Positions 50,330 through 62,238 are shown, numbered from the stretch's first letter. The stretch is 64,000 nucleotides of DNA from Macrostomum lignano (GCA_002269645.1 NIVC01000831.1:62001-126000), one strand, 5' to 3'. Notes: generated by a model from the sequence alone, not told the origin. Numbers and translations are program-made.

Positions 50330-52290
50330 GCTTTTTACATATACTTGTGACATCTTGATTCTAACACTTTAATGCTACTATGAAAGAACTGCTTTGAGCA
50401 TTCCTTGAACTGGCAGATTATAGCATCCTTTAGTAAAGGTTGGATAGGATTGAAATCTTTGGGCAGGATTGGGATTGGGATAATTTTTTTCTTGGGATTG
50501 GAATCCAGATCAGGTCTTTTAGTTTATTGTAGTTCGTAGGTCCATATAAAGTTAAACAAAATTGAGCACAAATGTTAAGATCAAAAAGTAAAATACAACA
50601 AAATCAATGCATGTTTAGATGTGTTTAGAATGTGGAAAATGTCTATCTAAAAATTAGGAAAGTGGCATGAAGATGTTATTACAATTACTTCAATAATTAT
50701 AAAATAACATTGAAAAAGTGTGAAATCAACAAACTGATCAAGACAGTACCTGCTGATACTGCCACATAATAATACATACCTAGAAACAAAATAACTAAAA
50801 TTTTCATTACTAACTTTTGACATGTTTACACAAAACAGACTTATCACTTAAAAAGTATTGTTAAATTATTATCTTGCTCATTAAGGCCCTTCAACTAAAC
50901 CCTTTATATAGATTTTCAATTTTCTTTTTCCATGGTCACACTACTGTATTAAACATAATAACTAGCTAGTCAGATTGAAAAAGAAAAAATTGCCTTCTTA
51001 TCTGTGTGCATGAACCAAGCCACAATGAACTTTTCAAATTCTGCAGTGCATTGCACAGAGATGATAGAGAAGCAGTGCATTGAGATGAAACAGAGTCAAG
51101 CAGCAGAAGCAGTCCAATGTGCCAACTATGATCTCTCACAGAATCAATCAAAGGCACTAGTAGGGTACTGTGTAAATCAAAGCACTCACATACCTCAACT
51201 AACAAAAAAATATCCTCACCTAAAATTTATAAAAAGATAACAAATTAGATTATGTAAAATTATGAATGCTGTAAGGCTTTTAGAATAATCAGAACAATAA
51301 GTGATATGTAAAAAAGAGCTTTAAACAACAACTAATCCTCTTCTGTCACTCCTAGAACATTGTCCAGAATGAACTGAAGAGCAGTTGCAAGCTTTTCTTC
51401 TGGCAATACAAACAGGAGATGTGACTGTCTCAAAGCATGATCCCTGCATAGAGTATAAATTTTTTGATAATTGAAATTTTCCTAAATTGTAACTTAGTTA
51501 TCTTAAGTCATTAACTTATAACATTCTATTTGCAAACAACGTGAGGTAGACTGTGTGAATGTACCTTTGATAGGCACTTCTCACACACTTGGAGTAGGTT
51601 ACACTTTTCGTAGCAAAAATTATCCTTAACATCATGGCATACTGAATAGACACCATTGCTGATAAAGAAGGAAGCAAAGCCATCAGCTAGTCAATCAACA
51701 AGGCAACTCCATTCTTCCTCCTCCATTTCATGTTGAATGTCATATAGACTTCGAGCATGGTATAAAATATCTACCTCGACACTTTTCACAATCTCTTGCC
51801 CAGAAAGGTCATTGATTAAATTAGCTTTAGAGAAAGCATATCTAAAAAATATAAAAATGTGCTTAAATTTATAACCTAATAAAAAAAAACAACTAAAAAA
51901 GTAATAAATTAACAATAAAAAGTTTTGTTAGCTTTAATAGATATTAAATATGTAAAATGTGTAGGTATGTATTGTACTTAGAACATGAATAATTAATATA
52001 TTGTGGAAAAACATAAAAAGCACAAAAAAAACTGAAAATAAAATGTGAAAAAACAGTTTTGACAGTTTTGACCTTTAGGTCAATTTAAAATGCATTGTTG
52101 AGCCTATTTAGGCTGTCCAAGCATATATAATAAACATTGTGCATGTTTACAGAAGCCTTATTGGTGGCTATCATGCATGTACGATTGAGTCTAAGAGTTG
52201 TCAACAGGGCTGTTCCATTGCAGTCCATTTACACAGACTGTTACTGAAGTGGCTATTACCAAAATGCTATTACTGAAGTGGATATATTCA
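50330..52290 (-). pseudogene. Decayed intron-containing BTB-BACK (kelch-like) gene
   Basis: Ordered fragments VTVCVNG; SGQEIVKSVEVDIL...LLQVCEKCL; LPEEKLATALQFILDNVLGVTEED*LLFKAL; VL*FTQY...AA*LCFIS; PLLKDAIICQF resemble BTB, BACK and post-BACK segments; in-frame TAG/TGA stops. Confidence 0.45.
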
Positions 52291-54416
52291 ATTGTATTCA
52301 ATAATATTGCTTTAAATGGGAGACTATATTAAATTTATGCATTCTTCATTTTCACCTGATGCCACACATGTTTTAGAATCAAATAATTACATTAAAATAT
52401 TTGATGTGACACTCTAAATTACATTAGAAGTATAGCCATAATTTGTACCATTTTTACCAGAAAATATACTCAGCCATCCTAAATGAATTATCTACATATA
52501 AAATTAACTATATATTAACTATATTAAGTAAATTAACTAATATTCATATAAAATTTTGTTTGTATCTAAAACTTGTAAAATCTAAAATCCAAAATATGTT
52601 GTGGGATTGTCTTTTGCCAATTTGACTTAATTGTTGCAAGATTGTCTTGTTGCAAGATTGTCTTATTGCTGGATTGACTAGAAGCTGGGAGCCTCCTATT
52701 GTGGAAGGAGTTTCTAATAATAGTAAATTGTAATAACTGTTTTTCAAATATTTACCCTTTTAAATCTCTCTTTTTATTATCCCAATGGCCAATATTTTCA
52801 TTCTTTAGTTTATCTTTATTTTTTTCTCATTTTGACTGCTCTGCACTGTTTTATTTTTTGCACCTTTTTATAGTGCTCCAATTAAATGTAAAGGATTTTT
52901 ATTCCTGGCAAACATCAATCTTGAACAATAAATAGTTGCATAGGAGCCTATCTAAAGACTCAGTCTTAGCTGAGCTATGAAGTGCAGGGCTTGGCCTATT
53001 ATTTTCTAAGCCCCTACTTATCAAGAAAAAAGAATAATTTTATAACTTGCAATATGAAACTAACTTGAACAATCAACATAATCATTTAAGAGCCTTCCTC
53101 AGGCTCAGGTTAGGGCCTAAGCCAAAGTGCTTAAAACCCTACTAAAAATGATTTTTTAACTTGTGCACATTGTTGCACCCTAGGCCTAGCCTAATTTGTT
53201 CATATCATTCTTCACTGTTTCATATTTCTTACAACCCTTCCTACAATAATTATTGTTTTACTTAGTCTTGTATATAGACTATTCAACAAATAAAATGTAA
53301 CAAATATATTTGCATAAATCTAGCCTAATTTCAACTATTTGCATATTTTAACAAATACATTTTAACACATGTAAGTCTAATCTAATAAATAGTCTAATAA
53401 ACTTGTAATTCTAAACATTCTAGTTATAAGACTATCATCCTTTGATTATTGTAGCCTTTGAGATGCAATACCTAAAAAGAAAAGAAAAGAAAAAGAGCAA
53501 AATCCCAGGATTGGGTCCAAATCCTAAGACAATTTTTTTGCAAGTGTTGTAAAATGAACATAATTATACCCACAACAAGTTTATTATATTGCACTAATTT
53601 CTGTTAATTGCCTCATGTCACATGGTACCTTTTTAAACCTGGCATCAAAGATTTATATGTAAATTTATTCCAATTTAAATTTTGATATTTGATTTGCTTT
53701 TTTACTACTAATTAGTATTTTTATACTACTTACCTAAATATGCCACAACATAATGCTTGCTTCTATTTGCTCTATAGAGCAAATAGATCATAATCTTAAG
53801 GACCCTATTAGTATTATTAAAAATGAGTCAAAAGTCATCACTAATTCTATGCTAGCTGCGGAACTTTGCGTATATATAAGCATACATATATCTTTCAAAA
53901 CCTACAGATTTTTTACCTAAATAGGCCTATTAATTTAAATTCCAGCAACTTATTTTGCATGCATTCTTAAATCTAAAATCATGCTTAAATAGAAACTTGT
54001 TGTTGTTAATAAACTAGCTAGTTAGGATAGAAGTAATCAAAAATATTAGAGTCTCAAAATTAAAGTTATCTTTAAAGTCGCTAATAGAAATTTTCCTAAT
54101 TGAAATCTACTAATAAGAAATTTGCTAGCCAAAATCTGCTAGCAGGCACTACATTGAATAGACAGACATGTTATAAATATTTCGCTGTTTCATCTATGAA
54201 ATTTTGTTGCTCTTTGTATTGCCATGCAATGTATGTCTGCTAGAGACCCTTTGGTTGTGCTTTACTGAGACACTGCATCATTAAAACAGACTAACTTTTT
54301 AAACAAGGGCCATTTCAAGCTAATAAATTGAAATAAATATTGTAAAAATGTGTACAATGCTTTCATTGTGAACTTGATGCTTAAATAATTTCTTAGCTTC
54401 CAATATTCAAATAAAA

Positions 54417-54721
54417 ATGAACTCGGAGTCTTCATCAGGCAGTGGTAGGGGCCGTCAGTTTGGCGGCTTTGGCCGAGGTCGCCCAGTTACTAAGCAATCT
54501 AATTTGTCCAATAACAGCAGTACTAATTGGCAGTCACAGCAGAGACATAGGAGACAACCAGCTCAGCACACTAATCAGCAACGCTGGGACTCAGATTCTT
54601 CCGCTACCGCCACCTCCGAGTCTGCCGAATCTGTTGAGTCTGAACAGAAGGTTGAACTTGGCGAAACCTTTCAACAGTACAGGGAACTGCTGACAGATGT
54701 CTATACTATGGCTGGGAGCAG
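54417..54721 (+). CDS. MIF4G-like protein, exon 1 (GRG-rich disordered N-terminus)
   Basis: ATG after TCAAATAAAA; GCAG|GTAAGG donor; phase 2 matches the next exon. Confidence 0.75.
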
Positions 54722-54769
54722 GTAAGGCAGCGTTGAGTAGTTAACTTTCACGTTCTTTCTGGTGTGAGG

Positions 54770-55955
54770 TCACTCTGATATTCTTAGTCTCAGTGTGAGG
54801 TCACTCCATTCTCCCCAGTGCCCAGTGTGATTTCACTCCGACAGTCTCCCCAGTGTCCAGTGTGAGGTCACTCCCAACAGTCTACCCAGTGTCCAGTGTG
54901 AGGTCACTCCAACAGTCTACCCAGTGTCCAGTGTGAGGTCACTCCAACAGTCTCCCCAGTGCCCAGTGTGAGGTCACTCCATTCTCCCCAGTGCCCAGTG
55001 TGAGGTCACTCCGACAGTCTCCCTAGTGCCCAGTGTGAGTTCACTCCAACATTCTCCCCAGTGTCCAGTGTGAGGTCACTCCCAACAGTCTACCCAGTGT
55101 CCAGTGTGAGGTCACTCCGACAGTCTCCCCAGTGCCCAGTGTGAGGTCACTCCAACAGTCTCCCCAGTGCCCAGTGTGAGGTCACTCCAACAGTCTCCCC
55201 AGTGCCCAGTGTGAGGTCACTCCAACAGTCTCCCCAGTGCCCAGTGTGAGGTCACTCCAACAGTCTCCCCAGTGCCCAGTGTGAGGTCACTCCATTCTCC
55301 CCAGTGCCCAGTGTGAGGTCACTCCGACAGTCTCCCCAGTGCCCAGTGTGAGTTCACTCCGACATTCTCCCCTGTGCCCAGTGTGAGGTCACTCCAACAT
55401 TCTCCCCAGTGTCCAGTGTGAGGTCACTCCCAACAGTCTACCCAGTGTCCAGTGTGAGGTCACTCCGACAGTCTCCCCAGTGCCCAGTGTGAGGTCACTC
55501 CAACAGTCTCCCCAGTGCCCAGTGTGAGGTCACTCCAACAGTCTCCCCAGTGTCCAGTGTGAGGTCACCCCAACAATCTCCCCAGTGCCCAGTGTGAGGT
55601 CACTCCAACATTCTCCCCAGTGTCCAGTGTGAGGTCACTCCCAACAGTCTACCCAGTGTCCAGTGTGAGGTCACTCCGACAGTCTCCCCAGTGCCCAGTG
55701 TGAGGTCACTCCAACAGTCTACCCAGTGCCCAGTGTGAGGTCACTCCAAAAGTCTTCTCAGTGCCCAGTGTGAGGTCACTCCAACAGTCTACCCAGTGCC
55801 CAGTGTGAGGTCACTCCAAAAGTCTTCTCAGTGCCCAGTGTGAGGTCACTCCGAAATCCATAGGCCTGAGAACCCCTAGCCTAAGAACCCCTAGCCTGAG
55901 AACCCCTAGCCTGAGAACCCCTAGCCTGAGAACCCCTAGCCTGAGAACCCCTAGC
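54770..55955. repeat. ~34-bp minisatellite followed by a 16-bp array (intron of MIF4G-like gene)
   Basis: GTGTGAGGTCACTCCAACAGTCTCCCCAGTGCCCA units to ~55855, then CCTAGCCTGAGAACCC up to the acceptor. Confidence 0.95.
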
Positions 55956-55974
55956 CCATACCCCTCATCCGCAG

Positions 55975-56623
55975 CTCAGACGCCAGCCAGACGTCACAGC
56001 GGCTGCTCCAGCTGCACCCTGCACTGTTGGACAGCCAGCTGGAGGAGCTGGCAAAGCTGGTGGTGAAGGCGACTGAGGAGGGCCATTCTCACCTGAGCCT
56101 GCTGGGCCAGGTGGACCCCTCCAGAGCAGGCGTGGCGCTGCTGCAGGCCTACGGCTCGCCATTCCAGCACCGGTTCGACAGCCTGCTGCTGCGCCGTCTT
56201 CAGGCCTTGCAGAGCCGGGCTGAGCGCAGCCGGTCGCAAAACTTTGTGACCGGCTTTGACGAGAAATTCGTGGCATTCCTGGGCGAACTGGCCAGCTTAG
56301 CGCCTTTGCCAGCGTTCCGGTGCAAGTCCGCCGTGTACTTTCTCACTGCTATCGAAGCTTTTCTCAACGTCCAGCTGGCATCGGTCGATCGGTGGCGCAG
56401 GGCCATCACGCCGCTGCACGAGTGCTCAGAGATGCTGTTTAATCCGGAGCTGAGAGATGCTAATTCGGATATTGATCAGCGATTGGCAGCCATTGGCAAA
56501 CTGTTAGCTTTGGCCGAGACTGACCGGTTTATGGCCGGAGTTGGCTGCACTTTTGTCCGGCCTATGCTAGCCGAACTGTTGGAGAAGCTTAGGACTGAAG
56601 GACTGCTGGCAAGGCGGCAATAG
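55975..56623 (+). CDS. MIF4G-like helical domain protein (PAIP1/CTIF/MIF4GD-like), exon 2
   Basis: TCCGCAG acceptor; open to TAG; total 954 nt, 317 aa; FDSLLLRRLQ...FVAFLGEL resembles MIF4G helices. Coding status strong, family call weak. Confidence 0.6.
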
Positions 56624-56627
56624 ATTT

Positions 56628-56850
56628 GACTCAAAATTTAAGATTATAATCTTGAAGGGATAAGTGACTCAAAATTGAAGTATTTTTAAAGGATTAGTTA
56701 CTCATAATTGGACTTCTTTTGAAGGGATTAGTGATTCAAAATTTGAGATTAATCTTGAAGGGATAAGTGACTCAAAATTGGAGTAATCTTAAAGGATTAA
56801 TGACTCATAATTGGAGTAATCTTGAAGCATTAGTGACTCAAAATTTGAAT
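56628..56850. repeat. Degenerate ~34-bp repeat containing TGACTCA
   Basis: GGGAT(A/T)AGTGACTCAAAATT...TCTTGAA units directly after the stop codon. Confidence 0.75.
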
Positions 56851-57284
56851 AATCCTAAAATGTGAAAGCATTGGTAACCCAAAATCTATTAAAGTTGAAG
56901 TTAGCGATGATGATAAAACACTCAACCGTTATGGAACTGCTAGTCTATCGATATTACTGTAATAATGATTAATAACGGCAGTTGTTTTTGTATTTTGTCT
57001 TTTATTCTGCATCTAATTTAATACGTATCTACCATGTTGCTTATTGAATGACTTTTGCTTTTTGTTTGTTTATTGTTTCTTCTTTTGCAAACTATTTACT
57101 CTGATATCGAATGCACAGTGAAATGCAAAATTGTTAAAACTGAACATCGAAAAAAATATTAAATAGGTCTTACTTACATGCCGCTCTACTGTAAGTAATG
57201 CAACAGTAATCTAAATGCCTAAATCTAATATTAACTTCTTCATAGACAGACTGTCTTTAGTGTTATTCATTATGCTCGTGAGAA

Positions 57285-57636
57285 TCGGCCTCAGCAACCC
57301 ATCTGGTGCATGAGAATCGACCTCAGCAACCCATCTGGTGCATGAGAATCGACCTCAGCAACCCATCTGGTGCATGAGAATCGACCTCAGCAACCCATCT
57401 GGTGCATGAGAATCGACCTCAGCAACCCATCTGGTGCATGAGAATCGGCCTCAGCAACCCATCTGGTGCATGAGAATCGGCCTCATCAGCAACCCATCTG
57501 GTGCATGAGAATCGGCCTCATCAGCAACCCATCTGGTGCATGAGAATCGGCCTCAGCAACCCATCTGGTGCATGAGAATCGGCCTCATCAGCAACCCATC
57601 TGGTGCATGAGAATCGGCCTCATCAGCAACCCATCT
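57285..57636. repeat. 32/35-bp minisatellite
   Basis: Unit GAGAATCGGCCTCAGCAACCCATCTGGTGCAT. Confidence 0.95.
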
Positions 57637-57880
57637 GCTGCATCGAAAGCGCGCGCTTGTTTCAACGCATCGCTGAGAGAGACGTTCGACTCCTGCAGCA
57701 ATCTTCGCCGGATTTTATCGAAGCAGCCTGTCGCCACTATCTGATCTTTGATTAAGGATTAAGGAGTCCTTGAGTGTCGAGGTCTTGGCCGCTGATTTGA
57801 GCCATATTGCTCAGGGGTGGCAGTGAGATGAATTGAGCCATGAGTGGCGACACGCCACTGTAAAGTCTGAAGATAGCGGT
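57636..57880 (-). mobile_element. Ty3/Gypsy gag remnant
   Basis: KDQIVATGCFDKIRRRLLQESNVSLSDALKQARAFDAA resembles the gag motif (L)IRDQIV.G......R.RLL.E..LTL..A...RA.E; frameshifted upstream. Confidence 0.65.
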
Positions 57881-58433
57881 TTAAGCTGAGCGAGAGAAAT
57901 AAGCGAGGCCCAAACTGGCCAAGTTAGCGATTATACATGTATATTTGAGGTTCTAAAAGTGCACAATACGATGTACATGAATCATGCAACCCAAGATGTA
58001 CATTTATGTTAGAATATAGCTCACTCACACAGAATAACAATATTGCGAGGTAATTACAGACCGTTAGACGATATTCGGATGCAGAGGGAAGCCACATGCC
58101 GTGACAACCCTCAAGAGAAGCTGAGATCTGCTGCGCGCCATTAAGCAAACAAAAATGTTTTAAATTTTGTAATGGATTTATTATTAATTGTACCCTTTTG
58201 TCCATGGTTTTCGGCAGTGATCCTCTTGGCAGCAATTCAATTGTTTGCCGGCTGTGGTATATTAGTTAGCCTAGGCGTGTTGAAACGGAGAGAAACTCAC
58301 GGCATCCCGCCCACTGCAATCTGTGGCCGACTTTAATAAGTAAAACAACTCGTATGCAAATAAGTATGTAGTTAATGTTTCTACAACTTGTACATTTTAA
58401 AAGTAAAGCTTGGTGCTGTTTAATAATGCTTAG

Positions 58434-58743
58434 TATTGGTTTTGTCAGCCTAACTGAGAATAAAGCCACCCAAAATGATAATCCTGCCTACGCTGACTGC
58501 GAAGGGCCTGGCTGCGTGCAGCCTTAGTCTATGGGTCATAGACAATAAAGGACAAGCAAAGTGATAAAAAGCCATCCAATGTGAGAATCGATTGGTCTAT
58601 GCGTCGTATTCTTTTATTTTGCTTGTCCTTTATAATCTATGGCCCATAGACTAGGCTGCACGCAGCCAGGCCCTTCGCAGTCAGCGTAGGCAGGATTCTC
58701 ACTTTGGATGGCTTTATTCTCAGTTAGGCTGACAAAACCAATA
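58434..58743. mobile_element. Palindromic MITE (~130-bp arms), possible TA TSD
   Basis: TATTGGTTTTGTCAGCCTAACTGAG... / ...CTCAGTTAGGCTGACAAAACCAATA near-perfect inverted repeat. Confidence 0.85.
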
Positions 58744-59099
58744 TCAGTTACTATTTTTTCAATTCGCAAAACCAGGAGATTTGGTCATAGACAATTTTTT
58801 TTAGATTTCATTATTTCTTTCTATGTCTGGTGTGCTGGTGTCCCTTGACCCCGCTTTCTTCTGACTTTGCCATAGACATTTCCAGCGGGCCGTGAAACCG
58901 ACTGAATGCATTGGAGTAAATGGGATTTTACCATAGACTGTCTCAGCGCGCCGTGGCGTTATAGCTCGTTTCTGCCCTCTGCAGTTCATCAATATTGGTA
59001 TATTGCTGCCGGAAAATTAACAGAACGGAAAATTAATTAAAAAGGAACAGTATTTATTTTTCTGTCACAGATAAGTTCGACAAGAACTCCGTTTCAATA

Positions 59100-59340
59100 C
59101 TTGAATGATTCTCCGGTAATGATGTTTACCTGGCGATTGACGGACGTTCCAGTTCAGGAATCGACCCGGCACGCGCTTTAGACTCCTAGCGAGCCCCTTC
59201 TCGTTGAGGAACTGACGGAACCTTGACTCGTAAAGTTTTCGTTGAGTCTCGGTCGATTTCGGCGCAGATTTCATTCTCAATCCGCCGGTGCAGCATTTGT
59301 AGATCTTCGCTAGTCAGCTCAGGCAGCATGCACTTCGGTA
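59100..59340 (-). mobile_element. Possible Crypton/tyrosine-recombinase N-terminal remnant
   Basis: LPELTSEDLQML / RMKSAPKSTETQRKLYESRFRQFLNEKG resembles the Crypton N-terminus; frameshifted, no catalytic motifs seen. Confidence 0.35.
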
Positions 59341-59836
59341 CTAAACAACGCATCCAAATTTTTAATCTCCAGAAAAGCGACTGCTCGACTCTCGGTTGAT
59401 AAAAGCCAACTCATACGTGGAGAGTCCACATTTTCTCCGCCAAAGTTTTGTAGCGAAACGGACATACATGTAGCTCCTTATTCCTATTTGTAACGATGTT
59501 GACATTTATTTTTTAAAAATAATTTGGTATTATTAATGTCTCTTTAGCATTATAGTAATTTATCTACTATTCATTAGCAACTTTTAAAGTTATTCAATAT
59601 TGTACGCTTAAAATTTGTTTTACTGTCTCCTTCATAGAAATACGAGTATTTTATTATTTAAGACGGTTAAATCGCGATTTTGCGCTCTTTCGCTGGTCTC
59701 GTACGCGTGCTTTTTGGTTGGTCCGCCGCGTGGTGCCTGTTCGCTATAACTTAGTACTAATAATTTAACGGCAATAGTTTAAATCCTGTCAGTTCAAATA
59801 AATGATACAATTAAATACAATCAGTCAAAGTTCAAA

Positions 59837-59889
59837 TATAAGACTCTCTTGCTTGCTACGAAGACTCAATTTATTATTGATAGTGCATA
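59837..59889 (+). pseudogene. Degenerate spliced-leader (SL) exon-like sequence
   Basis: Exact 17-mer CGAAGACTCAATTTATT (59859-59875) plus AAGAC/TCTCTT/GCAT flanks match the Macrostomum lignano SL as recalled; no GT donor follows. Confidence 0.6.
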
Positions 59890-60534
59890 GCCGTCAGCAC
59901 CGAACAAAGAAGGGTCGCGTCACATATTGGTAATTTAATTGAAATCTGAAAAACCCACTAGAGAATTATTTATGACAGATCGTCTTCTTCAGTCGTCTTC
60001 ACTGTCCTTTCCAACTACTACAGACGACTGACTATTAGCTTTATTACTACTGCTCTTTCACAGTGCCAAAGACAGCAGAATTGATTAGAAATCCGGCAAC
60101 AATAAATTTCATGCAAAAGGGTACAATAACGACTAGACAGACTCGTTCACGGCAGCAATTGCTTTACTAAGCTGAAGCCGCAAAAAAGTCTATATACCGT
60201 TACATTCTGTCTTGGCCTTGAAATTTGGAAGAAGCGTTTTTGAGTTTGAATTGAACTCAAAATTGTTCAAAATGGAAGATCAATTGGTGCACTAAATCCA
60301 GCAAGAGGAACTCGAAAACTAAAAGTTTTCACTGTTAAAAACAAATGATGCTTTAGTAAAATCCAGTAGAACTGAGTTTGTGTAATTTTGGCGACGGAGA
60401 CAGCAACAGACTGGCTCGCAGCTGAAGGTACAACAAAGGTCAAACAAATTACGCACTTGTTTAAAATGAAAATATCTGGACCCCACATACAGAAGACCCA
60501 AAAGAGCGGAGCGCTGCATTAGCCTCAAGTAAAT

Positions 60535-61606
60535 TACAGAGATTTATCTGCACGCTGTGACAATACATTACAGAGATTTATCATGCTGTGACAGTACATT
60601 ACAGAAGTTTTCATGCTGTTAAAGTACATTACAGAGATTTATCATGCTGTGACAGTACATTACAGAAGTTTATCATGCTGTTACAGTACATTACAGAGAT
60701 TTATCATGCTGTGACAGTACATTACAGAAGTTTATCATGCTGTTACAGTACATTACAGAGATTTATCATGCTGTGACAGTACATTACAGAAGTTTATCAT
60801 GCTGTTACAGTACATTACAGAGGCTTATCATGCTGTGACAGTACATTACAGAAGTTTATCATGCTGTGACAGTACATTACAGAAGTTTATCATGCTGTTA
60901 CAGTACATTACAGAGGCTTATCATGCTGTGACAGTACATTACAGAAATTTATCATGCCATGACAGTACATTACAGAAATTTATCAAGCTGGGACAGTACA
61001 TTACAGAAATTTATCAAGCTGGGACAGTACATTACAGAAATTTATCAAGCTGGGACAGTACATTACAGAAATTTATCAAGCTGGGACAGTACATTACAGA
61101 AATTTATCAAGCTGGGACAGTACATTACAGAAATTTATCATGCTGTGACAGTAAATTACAGAAATTTATCAAGCTGGGACAGTACATTACAGAAATTTAT
61201 CAAGCTGGGACAGTACATTACAGAAATTTATCAAGCTGGGACAGTACATTACAGAAATTTATCAAGCTGGGACAGTAAATTACAGAAATTTATCAAGCTG
61301 GGACAGTACATTACAGAAATTTATCAAGCTGGGACAGTACATTACAGAAATTTATCAAGCTGGGACAGTACATTACAGAAATTTATCAAGCTGGGACAGT
61401 ACATTACAGAAATTTATCAAGCTGGGACAGTACATTACAGAAATTTATCAAGCTGGGACAGTACATTACAGAAATTTATCAAGCTGGGACAGTACATTAC
61501 AGAAATTTATCAAGCTGGGACAGTACATTACAGAAATTTATCAAGCTGGGACAGTACATTACAGAAATTTATCAAGCTGGGACAGTACATTACAGAAATT
61601 TATCAT
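60535..61606. repeat. 31-bp minisatellite
   Basis: Unit GACAGTACATTACAGAAATTTATCAAGCTGG, with a gradient of variants. Confidence 0.97.
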
Positions 61607-61823
61607 GTTAAGCTTGAAGAATTGCTAGAAACAGTCAACAGAGGGCACCAATTGCTCACAGGCTGAGCAGCAAAGATGCGATGCTTCTGCAATTCTCTAT
61701 CAATATACGCTGCTGAAATAGAATCAAGGATGAGCTTCAACATTGAACTCAGTGGGCCATTTGCAATGAATTGAAACTGAAGCCAGTGGCCGATCCAAAC
61801 CGCTATGCAGATTCGATTCGATC

Positions 61824-61955
61824 TCAGGACTCTTCTTCAGTGCCCGAGTCGTCATCGTTTCTCCTGAACTTCTGCACCAGAATATAGATGAACTCAAGCA
61901 GCTCAAATGTGCTCACGACGCTGATGCCGAGCCAGAGTCCCAGAGTTCCTCCAAT
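61824..61955 (-). CDS. DEG/ENaC channel, last exon (TM2)
   Basis: IGGTLGLWLGISVVSTFELLEFIYILVQKFRR...EEES*; GxS selectivity filter; no AG immediately upstream. Confidence 0.85.
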   Translation of the reverse strand: MGGTLGLWLGISVVSTFELLEFIYILVQKFRRNDDDSGTEEES

Positions 61956-62198
61956 CGTAGCGGGATGTCAGTGCGGCCAAAGGAACCGTAGCGGGATGTC
62001 AGTGCGGCCAAAGGAACCGTAGCGGGATGTCAGTGCGGCCAAAGGAACCGTAGCGGGATGTCAGTGCGGCCAAAGGAACCGTAGCGGGATGTCAGTGCGG
62101 CCAAAGGAACCGTAGCGGGATGTCAGTGCGGCCAAAGAAACCGTAGCGGGATGTCAGTGCGGCCAAAGGAACCGTAGCGGGATGTCAGTGCGGGATGT
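61956..62198. repeat. 31-bp minisatellite filling the last DEG/ENaC intron
   Basis: GTAGCGGGATGTCAGTGCGGCCAAAGGAACC, 8 copies with starts spaced 31 bp from 61957 to 62174. Confidence 0.97.
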
Positions 62199-62238
62199 CT
62201 GAAATGCGGGAATATTGCAACCGGAAAGCAGCTCTCAC

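Noticed and set aside
57478-57630. Hammerhead-like CTGATGAGGCC on the minus strand (also CTGATGA...GAAA near 44669)
   Set aside because: Lacks the GAAA box or pairable stems II/III
57680-57695. tRNA T-loop-like GTTCGACTCC
   Set aside because: No cloverleaf; falls within the gag-like reading frame
58860-58990. hAT-like NATAR*DSL motif on the minus strand
   Set aside because: Single short motif with no supporting transposase context
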